A DNA stretch of 63,056 nucleotides from an uncultured delta proteobacterium. Lineage in GTDB: Bacteria > Desulfobacterota > Binatia > UBA9968. Of this stretch, positions 53,024-61,688 are shown one piece after another (the first letter of the stretch is position 1; every line of letters begins with the position of its first letter). The position numbers were made by a program, and so were the translations under genes. The stretch covers positions 1-63,056 of the forward strand of contig CAWJBB010000005.1 of assembly GCA_963840855.1 (NCBI GenBank), read 5' to 3'. The notes under the pieces are model-generated. The model was not told the origin of the DNA. It did no database searches and saw nothing but the letters and a program-made list of their open reading frames with translations.

Positions 53024-54052
53024 ATGCGGAGCAAAATCGTTGCGCGCTTGTGGCCCGTTAAATTTGTACTTTTGCCTCTGCTTGTCTTTGCGTCCACCGA
53101 TAAAATTGCGGCGCAGTCCAAGGATGTTCTCGACGGCGCGAAGAGCGAGGGACAGCTGGTTTTTTATTCCGGCATTCCAGTTCCGGACGCCCAAGCCATC
53201 TTGTCGGCATTGGAGAAAAAGTACCCCTTTATTAAGACGACCTTCTACCGAGCAACGGGTCCCGCGCTGGTCTCGCGAATTCAAACCGAGCAGCGCGCCG
53301 GCAGTCATATTTGGGACGTGATGAACTCCACCGGCTTTGAGCCTTATGTGCTGCTCGAGCAGGGTTACTTTGCCAGACACGAGTCGGGGGAGCGAAAGGC
53401 TTTCCCTGACGGGCACAAGGACAACGAGGGTTTCTGGGCCACGATGTATACATCTCCAATGATCGTGAGCTACAACACAAAGCTCGTTTCGCCCGACGAG
53501 CTGCCGAAGGATTATGCTGATTTGTCAAACCCCAAATGGAAGGGCCGCCTGGGCTTAGATGCTTCGGACTTTGAGTGGTACGCGAACTTACGAAAAATCT
53601 GGGGCGTCGACAAAGCTCAGAAATTTCTCGAAGGTCTGAGGAAGCAGGAGGTTCGTTTAGTGCAAGGGCGGGCTTTGTTAACCGAGCTGCTCTCGGGCGG
53701 AGAGATCGCGATCCTGGTCAACAATTTCTTGCAAAACTCCATCGAAGCCAAGCGCAAAGGGAGTCCAGTAGAGATGCTGGCTTTGGATCCTGTGATCTCG
53801 GCGGCGGGGCTTGTCGGCATTAATAAAGCCGCTCCCCATCCAAACGCCGCCAAGCTCTTTGTTGATTTCGTTCTATCAAAGGAAGGTCAAGAACTGATCG
53901 TCAAGACGGATCGTAGTTCGGTGCGCAAGGATGTCGCGGGCAATCCCCTCGACTTGATCAAGAATGTCAGGATCGTGCCGTCCGATCTGAGTCTCGGCAA
54001 AAACTACGTGCAAACTCGCGATGAATTTCGCGATCTCCTCGGCGTCAAGTGA
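53024..54052 (+). CDS. AfuA/Fe(III)-type ABC extracellular solute-binding protein
   Basis: AKSEGQLVFYS, YNTKLV, PKWKG and APHPNAAKLFVDF motifs. Confidence 0.88.
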   Translation: MRSKIVARLWPVKFVLLPLLVFASTDKIAAQSKDVLDGAKSEGQLVFYSGIPVPDAQAILSALEKKYPFIKTTFYRATGPALVSRIQTEQRAGSHIWDVMNSTGFEPYVLLEQGYFARHESGERKAFPDGHKDNEGFWATMYTSPMIVSYNTKLVSPDELPKDYADLSNPKWKGRLGLDASDFEWYANLRKIWGVDKAQKFLEGLRKQEVRLVQGRALLTELLSGGEIAILVNNFLQNSIEAKRKGSPVEMLALDPVISAAGLVGINKAAPHPNAAKLFVDFVLSKEGQELIVKTDRSSVRKDVAGNPLDLIKNVRIVPSDLSLGKNYVQTRDEFRDLLGVK

Positions 54053-54079
54053 TCGGTTATCTGAAACTGGAGGGACGAT

Positions 54080-55162
54080 ATGGCTTACGTCGATTGTGAT
54101 TCTCATATACTGCCGGCGGACGCGTTTGACGAAGTTGCTCCGGAGTTCTGCGCGCAGGGCCCCAAAATCGTTTCCGATGAAAAAGGAATGCGCGTGGTCT
54201 ATGAAGCGCGGCAGCGCAACATTCCCGATTACGCGCGCCAAATTCCTAACCCATTCAACGCGCGGCCTGGAGTCCCGGGCGATGACCCGGACCATCGCGT
54301 GGCTGACATGGCCAAATCAAAATTTGATATGCAGGTCCTGGTTCCCAACAATGGTCCATTCTATTACGACGTCGAGCCCAAGCTCGCGTTGAGCGTGTGC
54401 CGCTCCTACAACAACTCCATCGGCCGGATTATTAAAAAATTTCCCGGAAAGTTTATCGGCTTGGTCACCGTGCCGTTGCAGGATGCTCGGCTCGCTCTGC
54501 AAGAGCTCGAGCGCGCGGTCGGCGATCTGGGGTTGCACGCGCCGGTAAGTTATACCTCGCTTAACGACAAAGACCTGGACGCGGAGGAGCTTTGGCCGTT
54601 CTATCGAAAGGCTGAGGAGCTCAACGTTCCGATTATAGTTCACCCGGTCAATACCGGTCCCATCGCCGGCGGCTGGCGGCTCACGCGCCATTACGCCACG
54701 CGCGGCTACGGTTTCTGGAGCGCCATGGGAAACCCGATTGAGAATTCCATCGCCCTCGCCAACCTCATGTTCGGCGGCGTTCTAGACGCCTTTCCCAAGT
54801 TGCGCTTCTGTTTCATGGAGGGCGGCGGCACTCAGGTTCCGCACCTCATGGACAGTCTCGCAGCCGTCTGTCAGGGAGAAGGAGACTACGACCGCTTCAA
54901 AACGCGGCCCAAGCGAGAACCCGTCGAGTACTTAGATCGGCTCTATTTCGCCATCCGGCCGACCGAGACGCTACTCGGCGTCCTTGTCGAACGCTACGGA
55001 GAACACAGTTGGGTGGTCGGCACCGATTATCCGCACGCGGACACGATGGGGAGTTGGCCATATACGGTCGATGTGATTAAAGCGCGAAGGGACCTTGCGA
55101 CAAGCGCGCAGGAAGCCATTCTCGGAAGAAATCCTCTACGCCTCTTCGGCATAAATGGGTGA
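54080..55162 (+). CDS. Amidohydrolase-2 family protein (ACMSD/LigW-like)
   Basis: DCDSH, VHP, FPKLRFCFMEGG and GTDYPH motifs. Confidence 0.9.
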   Translation: MAYVDCDSHILPADAFDEVAPEFCAQGPKIVSDEKGMRVVYEARQRNIPDYARQIPNPFNARPGVPGDDPDHRVADMAKSKFDMQVLVPNNGPFYYDVEPKLALSVCRSYNNSIGRIIKKFPGKFIGLVTVPLQDARLALQELERAVGDLGLHAPVSYTSLNDKDLDAEELWPFYRKAEELNVPIIVHPVNTGPIAGGWRLTRHYATRGYGFWSAMGNPIENSIALANLMFGGVLDAFPKLRFCFMEGGGTQVPHLMDSLAAVCQGEGDYDRFKTRPKREPVEYLDRLYFAIRPTETLLGVLVERYGEHSWVVGTDYPHADTMGSWPYTVDVIKARRDLATSAQEAILGRNPLRLFGING

Positions 55163-55260
55163 TCCGGAAAATCATGAGCATCGGATTACACGTCTATGGA
55201 CTTATCGGAGCAGGCGAGACACTATCTTCGGACCGGAGACTAGCGCGGTGCTGAAATACT

Positions 55261-55353
55261 CCGTTCACCCTTCGACCAGGCTCAGGGCGAACGGAGTTTT
55301 CTTTGAATTGATTAATAAATTTCCGTTCGTGCTGAGCCCGTCGAAGCATGGAA
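55261..55353. repeat. REP-like palindromic element
   Basis: CCCTTCGACCAGGCTCAGGGCGAACGG...CCGTTCGTGCTGAGCCCGTCGAAG. Confidence 0.8.
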
Positions 55354-55385
55354 TTCCTTCGATTATTTAAAGAGGAGTGACGCCA

Positions 55386-56471
55386 ATGGTTTACGTCGAT
55401 TGTGACTCACATATTTTGCCGGAGGACGCCTTTGACGAGGTGCCTGAGGAACTTCGCAAGGAAGGGCCGCGAATCGAAACCGATTCTCAAGGGCGATCGT
55501 GCGTTGTTTATCCGGCGCGCCAACGAAACATTCCGGACTATGCGCGCGCCATTCCAAATCCTTTTAACCCAAGACCGCGCTCCTCCGGCAATAGACCGGA
55601 TGTTCGTATAGCGGATATGGCCAAAGCCGAGATCGACATTCAAGTTTTAGTGCCGAGCAATGGTTCCTTTTACTACGATGTCGAGCCGGAGCTCGCCAGC
55701 GCGGTTTGCCGCTCTTACAATAATGCCGTCGGCCGCATGGTGAAAAAGTACCCCGGAAAATTTCTTGGCTTGGCGACTCTGCCGATGCAGAAACCGAAGC
55801 TCGCCGTGGCGGAGCTGGCTCGGGCCGTGGGCGAGCAGGGCCTTAGCGGCGCCGTATGCTACACCACCGTTAACGATAAGGATCTCGATGCGGAGGAGTT
55901 CTGGCCGGTTTTCGCGAAGGCGGAAGAACTCGGGATTCCGATTATTTTTCATCCGGTAAACACGGGTCCGATTGTCGGCGGCTGGCGCATGACCCGGCAC
56001 TACGCCACGCGCGGCTACGGCTTTTGGAGCGCACTTGGCAACTCGATGGAGAACTCGATTACCATCGCAAATTTGATGTTCGGCGGCGTGCTCGACGCAT
56101 TTCCCAAGCTTCGTTTCTGCTTCCTCGAAGGCGGGGGGACGCAAGTGCCGCACTTGATGGAAGGCCTCGCCGCCGTGCACTCCGCCGAAGGCGATTACGA
56201 TCGACTGCGCTCGAAGCCGAAGCAAGAACCCATCGAATATCTCGATCGATTGTATTTTTCCGTGCGAACCACCGAGGCTCTCCTGGGCGTGCTGATCGAG
56301 CGCTACGGTCATACGAGCTGGGTTGTCGGCACTGACTATCCGCATGCGGATACGATGGGAAGCTGGCCCAATACCGTTCCAGTCATCAAAGCGCGCGAAG
56401 ATCTGTCTTGGGAGGCCAAGGAAGGAATATTGGGACAGAACGCGCTCAGACTTTTCGGTCTCGCAGCCTGA
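55386..56471 (+). CDS. Amidohydrolase-2 family protein, paralogue of 54080-55162
   Basis: Same motifs, with long identical blocks such as TRHYATRGYGFWSA. Confidence 0.9.
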   Translation: MVYVDCDSHILPEDAFDEVPEELRKEGPRIETDSQGRSCVVYPARQRNIPDYARAIPNPFNPRPRSSGNRPDVRIADMAKAEIDIQVLVPSNGSFYYDVEPELASAVCRSYNNAVGRMVKKYPGKFLGLATLPMQKPKLAVAELARAVGEQGLSGAVCYTTVNDKDLDAEEFWPVFAKAEELGIPIIFHPVNTGPIVGGWRMTRHYATRGYGFWSALGNSMENSITIANLMFGGVLDAFPKLRFCFLEGGGTQVPHLMEGLAAVHSAEGDYDRLRSKPKQEPIEYLDRLYFSVRTTEALLGVLIERYGHTSWVVGTDYPHADTMGSWPNTVPVIKAREDLSWEAKEGILGQNALRLFGLAA

Positions 56472-56541
56472 TTTTGGCGGATGATCTCATGGTTATTCGA
56501 GAGCGGTTTTGTGTTGGGGACCTTTCTGATAGAAATCAACG

Positions 56542-57867
56542 ATGCGCGAAAACTTTGCCAACACGCGACCGGCTCGCGTCCGGGTCTCTCTGCCATTCTA
56601 TTACGGTTGGTTCATCGTCGGCCTGAGTTTTGTCGCCTATCTGGTCGCATCGGCGATACGGTCGGCGCCTGCCGTGTTGATTCATCCTTTGGAAGCGGAG
56701 TTTGGTTGGGGCCGAACGGCGATCTCTTCCGCGGCGAGCCTTAACCTGCTGATCTACGGTTTTATGGCTCCCATCGGCGGCTGGCTTCTCGACCGCTTCG
56801 GGCCGCGCCGGGTCATACTTTGTAGCCTCGCAACCATAGCTGCCGGAGTGACCGGTACGGTGTTGGTGCGAGAGCTCTGGCAGTTTCTGGTTGTCTGGGG
56901 AATAGTTTTAGGCCTCGCAACCGGTATAACTCCGTCGCTGGCCGCAAGCGTAACCAGCCGGTGGTTTATCGCTCGAAGAGGCTTGGCATTAGGCATCCTG
57001 TCGAACGCCAACGCGGCGGGCCAGGCGATTTTTCTGCCGCTGCTCATGGCCGTCATAGTTTCGAGTGGCTGGCGGGTGGCGTTGATGGTGATAGTGGTTT
57101 CGGCCGTGGTTCTTCTCCCGGCTATTTGGTGGGGGTTGCACGATAACCCATCCGACGTCGGCCTTGAACCCCTTAAAGATGGGACGGAAATCCACGGCCG
57201 CCCACGCAAACCGTTCAAGCGCAGGGCACGGTCCGGCAAAATCTCAGACTCGTCTTTTACCGTGGTATTTAAAAGCTCGACCTTCTGGCTCTTGAGCGGC
57301 TGTTTCTTTGTTTGCGGGGTGACGGCCAACGGTCTCGTCGGCACACATATGATTCCGCATGCCATCGAACGCGGCATTCCGGAAGTGATGGCAGCCACGG
57401 CGGTTGGCATCATGGGGCTGGCGAGCTTCGTCGGCACAACCTTCGCGGGTTGGCTCGTGGACCGAGTCGATGCGCGCAAAGTGCTCTCGGCGGCGTATTT
57501 TCTGCGCGGCTTGTCGCTCTTTGTTTTGCCGTTTGTCACCGAGTCGTTGGGTCTGTTCGCCTTCGCCGTTTTGTACGGCCTGGATTGGTTTGCCACGGGG
57601 CCAGCGACAATCGCGATTCTCGTCAACACTTTCGGGCAACAGAGAATAGGAAGTCTTTTCGGTCTGGTTTTTGTGTCCCATCAAATCGGCGCGGCGCTGG
57701 CGTCCGTTGCCGGCGGTTGGGCATATATGCAATTCGGCGAATATCATTATGCCTTTTTGAGCGGCGCGTTCATGGGCTTGTTGGCGGCCGGATTGGCGCT
57801 GACCATTCGTTCGGGAGGACATAAGCCGCCGGCCATTCCCGTAACCGGCGAGCTCGCGCAGGCATGA
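56542..57867 (+). CDS. MFS transporter (OFA/YbfB-like)
   Basis: FYYGWFIV, GWLLDRFGPRRV and RWFIARRGLALG motifs. Confidence 0.9.
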   Translation: MRENFANTRPARVRVSLPFYYGWFIVGLSFVAYLVASAIRSAPAVLIHPLEAEFGWGRTAISSAASLNLLIYGFMAPIGGWLLDRFGPRRVILCSLATIAAGVTGTVLVRELWQFLVVWGIVLGLATGITPSLAASVTSRWFIARRGLALGILSNANAAGQAIFLPLLMAVIVSSGWRVALMVIVVSAVVLLPAIWWGLHDNPSDVGLEPLKDGTEIHGRPRKPFKRRARSGKISDSSFTVVFKSSTFWLLSGCFFVCGVTANGLVGTHMIPHAIERGIPEVMAATAVGIMGLASFVGTTFAGWLVDRVDARKVLSAAYFLRGLSLFVLPFVTESLGLFAFAVLYGLDWFATGPATIAILVNTFGQQRIGSLFGLVFVSHQIGAALASVAGGWAYMQFGEYHYAFLSGAFMGLLAAGLALTIRSGGHKPPAIPVTGELAQA

Positions 57868-57943
57868 ATTCAATCTCCGCGCGGCTCGGTATAACAAATC
57901 GCAGATAAAGGCGCCCTCAGAAAGCTGGCGAGGATCGTGATTT

Positions 57944-58687
57944 ATGGACTGGATTACTAGCCCGCAGGCCTGGATCGCGTTTGGCACGCTCCTGGCACTC
58001 GAAATCGTTCTCGGCATAGACAACGTCGTATTCATCTCAATCCTGGCGGGCAAGCTGCCTCCGGCCACGCAAGCCAGAGCCCGCTACACCGGCCTCGCAC
58101 TGGCGATGCTGATGCGCCTTATGCTTTTGTTCTCGCTATCATGGATGATCCGTCTGACCGCGCCGCTGTTCACTATTTTTCAACAGGAGATTTCAGGCCG
58201 CGACTTAATCCTCATCGTCGGCGGGCTGTTTTTGATCGCCAAAAGCACGCACGAGATTCACCAGAGACTCGAAGGCGAGCAGGGGCGTTCGTCGTCACGC
58301 GTGGCGCCGACGTTTACCAGCGTGATCGTGCAGATTTTGCTTCTCGACATAGTTTTTTCGCTCGACTCGGTGATTACCGCCATCGGCATGGTCGACCATA
58401 TCGGCATCATGGCCGCCGCGGTGATCGTCGCGGTATTCGTCATGATGGGTTTTGCCGGAGCCATCGGCCGCTTCGTCGAGCACCATCCTACCGTAAAGAT
58501 GTTGGCGCTGAGTTTTCTCCTGCTGATCGGCATGACGCTCATCGCTGAAGGTTTCGACCAACATATTCCGAAGGGCTATATTTACTCCGCAATGGCCTTT
58601 TCCGTATTTGTCGAAATGCTCAATCTGAGAGTACGACGGACCGCCGCAGCGCCGGTCAAGCTGCACGGGCCGTACTCGGAAACTTAA
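57944..58687 (+). CDS. TerC family membrane protein
   Basis: LEIVLGIDN, DIVFSLDSVITA and PKGYIY motifs. Confidence 0.93.
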   Translation: MDWITSPQAWIAFGTLLALEIVLGIDNVVFISILAGKLPPATQARARYTGLALAMLMRLMLLFSLSWMIRLTAPLFTIFQQEISGRDLILIVGGLFLIAKSTHEIHQRLEGEQGRSSSRVAPTFTSVIVQILLLDIVFSLDSVITAIGMVDHIGIMAAAVIVAVFVMMGFAGAIGRFVEHHPTVKMLALSFLLLIGMTLIAEGFDQHIPKGYIYSAMAFSVFVEMLNLRVRRTAAAPVKLHGPYSET

Positions 58688-58894
58688 ATTTCGAAATTTG
58701 CCAATAGCCAAGCGAACGAACGCCGACAGGCATCCTGTCTCTTTTCTTGTCTCTTTCTCGTCCGTAAGTTTCGTCTTACCTTAGGGAACATTTGTATACG
58801 CTTACTGCATCCGCCGTTTACATCCCGGGCTACCTGTGCAAGCAGCACCTACTTGATATTGCATTGATTTCGGGCAATTAGGCGCGACAGGGCG

Positions 58895-58911
58895 CTGGCA
58901 TCGGGATTGCG
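58895..58911 (+). promoter_or_regulatory. Putative sigma-54 (-24/-12) promoter
   Basis: CTGGCATCGGGATTGCG, with GG and GC at canonical spacing. Confidence 0.6.
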
Positions 58912-58963
58912 ATAGAATTTGGCAAAGAGAGTTTCTTAGCGGAAAAGGAGAACGAAGGAAACA

Positions 58964-59125
58964 GTGGCTGCTGAAATCTCAAACGCGGGTGATCTTATGA
59001 TGCGCAAGCTTTTTGTCTCAGCGATCGTTTCCGGGTGTCTTTGCGGTTATGCAGCATTGCTGTACGGGCTTATTCAAATCCTGCTGCGTATCAATAATGA
59101 TTACTTGCTCAGTCTGGCGAAGTGA
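58964..59125 (+). CDS. Putative 53-aa single-TM small protein
   Basis: VAAEISNAGDLMMRKLFVSAIVSGCLCGYAALLYGLIQILLRINNDYLLSLAK*; purine-rich RBS; downstream of the sigma-54 motif. Confidence 0.45.
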   Translation: MAAEISNAGDLMMRKLFVSAIVSGCLCGYAALLYGLIQILLRINNDYLLSLAK

Positions 59126-59228
59126 AACTCCCCCTCTAAATCGACTTTCTTCACCACTCTCACTAGCGAACCGGCACGCCCAGGGTGGTGTCCCAGAAGT
59201 TCGCTAATGAAGTTGGTGATCTCCCCGC

Positions 59229-59343
59229 CGTCATGCCCGCGAAAGCGGGCTTGTAGGGGCGGGTTTTAAACCCGCCCTTACCCTGGATTCCGGGTCGCGC
59301 CTCCTCGCGAAAGGGGGGTCACGCCGGCTCGCCCGGAATGACG
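59229..59343. repeat. Composite REP: GTCAT..GCGGG/CTGGATTCC..GAATGACG element with a nested GTAG REP
   Basis: cgtcatgcccgcgaaagcgggc [tgtaggggcgggttttaaacccgcccttac] cctggattccggg...cccggaatgacg. Confidence 0.75.
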
Positions 59344-59440
59344 ATTGAATTATGTAACGACTTCTGAGACAGGACACATGACTTGACGGTCGAGCTAAGA
59401 AAGGAGTAAAAGAGCGACGAATTCGCGCAAACGGACTCAA

Positions 59441-60490
59441 ATGCACGATCGTCGCATGGTCATAAAAACCTCGGCTGTCCTCCTGCTGCTACTCTTGTGG
59501 AGTCCGGCGGTACTCGCGCAAAGTCCCTTTTACGAAGGCAAGACGATACGGGTTATCGTCGGGTACCCGGCGGGAACCACTCACGATACCTGGGCGAGAC
59601 TCGCCGCTCAGTACATGAGCAAATATATACCCGGCAATCCCGGTTTCATTGTCCAGTCGATGACCGGCGCGGGCTCGATGGTCGCGGCCAACTATGTATA
59701 TAGCATCGCCAAGCCGGACGGTCTGACCCTGGGTACATTCAATGCCGCGCTGTATTTTGAGCAGTTGATCGGGCGCAAAGAAGTCCAATTCGACTGGCCG
59801 AAAATGACTTGGATCGGCAGCTCTACGCCGGCGACTCGCCTGTTCTACATTCGCGCGGACAGTCCCTTTGCGACCATTCAAGATCTGCGCCGGGCATCCG
59901 AACCGCCCAAATGTGGCACAACTGGGCGGGGGACCACGGGATATATATTACCCAAGCTGTTCGAGGAAACTCTCGGGCTAAAGCTCGCAATTGTCAGCGG
60001 TTATCCCGGCGGAGTCGAGGTCGATTTGGCCATCGAAAAGGGCGAGATTCAGTGCAACTCCACTTCGCTCTCGGTGTTCTTCGGTCGCGAGCCGTTTCAT
60101 AGCTGGCGCAAAAAAGAATTCGTTCGCGTGCTTATACAAACGGGGCAGAAGCGTGACGGGCGGCTGCCGAATGTCCCGACCATCTACGAGCTGATGGATC
60201 AATATAAAACCCCGGCGGCGAGCCGGCGCCTGACTGCGGCGTTCTTGGACGCGGGACGATTCGGCTCCTGGCCGATCGTAACCTCGCCCGGGATTCCCAA
60301 TGAGCGGGTAAAGATTCTTCGCGACGCTTTCATGAAAGCAGCCAGCGAACCGGCGTTCGTGGCCGAGGCCAACAAGAAACAACTCGAGGTCGAACCGATT
60401 CGCGGAGAGGACCTCGAGGCCCTGGCAAAAGAGGTCACAAATCAGCCTCCGGAAGTGATCGAGCGGTTAAAAGAATTGCTCGGGCAGTGA
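59441..60490 (+). CDS. Bug/TctC substrate-binding protein
   Basis: FYEGKTIRVIVG, AKPDGLT and GYPGG motifs. Confidence 0.9.
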   Translation: MHDRRMVIKTSAVLLLLLLWSPAVLAQSPFYEGKTIRVIVGYPAGTTHDTWARLAAQYMSKYIPGNPGFIVQSMTGAGSMVAANYVYSIAKPDGLTLGTFNAALYFEQLIGRKEVQFDWPKMTWIGSSTPATRLFYIRADSPFATIQDLRRASEPPKCGTTGRGTTGYILPKLFEETLGLKLAIVSGYPGGVEVDLAIEKGEIQCNSTSLSVFFGREPFHSWRKKEFVRVLIQTGQKRDGRLPNVPTIYELMDQYKTPAASRRLTAAFLDAGRFGSWPIVTSPGIPNERVKILRDAFMKAASEPAFVAEANKKQLEVEPIRGEDLEALAKEVTNQPPEVIERLKELLGQ

Positions 60491-60553
60491 TGCGCGCGAT
60501 GCCGAGTCGGAATGGCTTTGAAAATACCAATTTTTGGGTCACCGTCATAAAGC

Positions 60554-61621
60554 TTGTTGCTATCAGACGCAAAGAAATCGGAGGCCATATGTTTATGGCA
60601 CGAATCCATCCCGCTGCTAACAATTGGCGTTTTGGTTGGCGTTACAGCAGCGGTCGTCCCCGCCCATAGCCAAGAGCTACTCTATAAGGGCAAGACCATC
60701 CGCATGATCGTAGGGCTCGCAGCCGGAGGAGGCTATGATACCTATTCTCGACTGATTGCCCGGCATATGAGTAGGTACATTCCCGGCAACCCGGCTATCG
60801 TTGTCGAGAACATGGACGGAGCGGGAAGCGTGATTGCGGCCAATCATATTTACAAGGTGGCCAAACCCGACGGTTTGACCATCGGCCACATCCTGGGCGG
60901 GCTATTTTTGCAGCAGCTCCTTGGCAAGCCAGGTATCGAGTTTGACGGCCGTAAATTTGAGTACATAGGTGTTCCGGCTCAAGACAATTTCATGATTGGC
61001 GTATCCAAGGCAACCGGCATCACATCCGTGGACAAATGGATAGCTTCGAAGACAGTGGTTAAATTCGGCGGCGTTACTCCGGGTGGCGCTACCGACGACC
61101 TGCCCAAAGTCCTCGCTGTTACTTTGGGTCTGCCGATTCAGGTGGTGACGGGCTATAAAGGGACTGCTCCCATTCGGCTTGCCTTCAATAGTGGCGAGGT
61201 GCAAGGAGTTTGCAACGCCTGGGAGTCCTTCAAGGCGACTTGGCGTCAGGAGCTGGAGTCGGGACAGGTGGTGATTGTGCTTCAAGCCACGGCCAAAGGG
61301 CATCCGGATCTTCCGAATGTTCCCGTTGCCTTTGATCTCGCAAAGTCCGAGGAGGCGAAAAAAATGATCCAGGTGGTTGCCCGGGTTAATGGTCCTTCGA
61401 CCCGACCTTATTTACTGCCGCCCGGAACTCCCAGAGAGCGAGTGCAGATCCTGCGCCAGGCCTTCATGGATACCATAAAGGACCCAGAGCTTTTGGCCGA
61501 GGCCAAAAAAGCTCGCTTGGACATCAATCCCGATGACGGCGCAGGGCTGGAGCGAAACGTCAAGGAGATTTTTAATCTGGAGCCTGAGCTGGTCGCAAAG
61601 CTAAAAGACGTTCTCAAATAG
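60554..61621 (+). CDS. Bug/TctC substrate-binding protein (start uncertain)
   Basis: YKGKTIRMIVGLAAGGGYD, VENMDGAGS and PPGTP motifs. Confidence 0.88.
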   Translation: MLLSDAKKSEAICLWHESIPLLTIGVLVGVTAAVVPAHSQELLYKGKTIRMIVGLAAGGGYDTYSRLIARHMSRYIPGNPAIVVENMDGAGSVIAANHIYKVAKPDGLTIGHILGGLFLQQLLGKPGIEFDGRKFEYIGVPAQDNFMIGVSKATGITSVDKWIASKTVVKFGGVTPGGATDDLPKVLAVTLGLPIQVVTGYKGTAPIRLAFNSGEVQGVCNAWESFKATWRQELESGQVVIVLQATAKGHPDLPNVPVAFDLAKSEEAKKMIQVVARVNGPSTRPYLLPPGTPRERVQILRQAFMDTIKDPELLAEAKKARLDINPDDGAGLERNVKEIFNLEPELVAKLKDVLK

Positions 61622-61688
61622 CGTTGACGTCCGACAAATTTAAATTCGCAAATTCCTCCTTTGCGCACTAATATTTCGATCGACAAAC

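Noticed and set aside
57868-57943. yybP-ykoY riboswitch upstream of terC
   Set aside because: The leader is short and lacks the GGGGAGUA-type consensus
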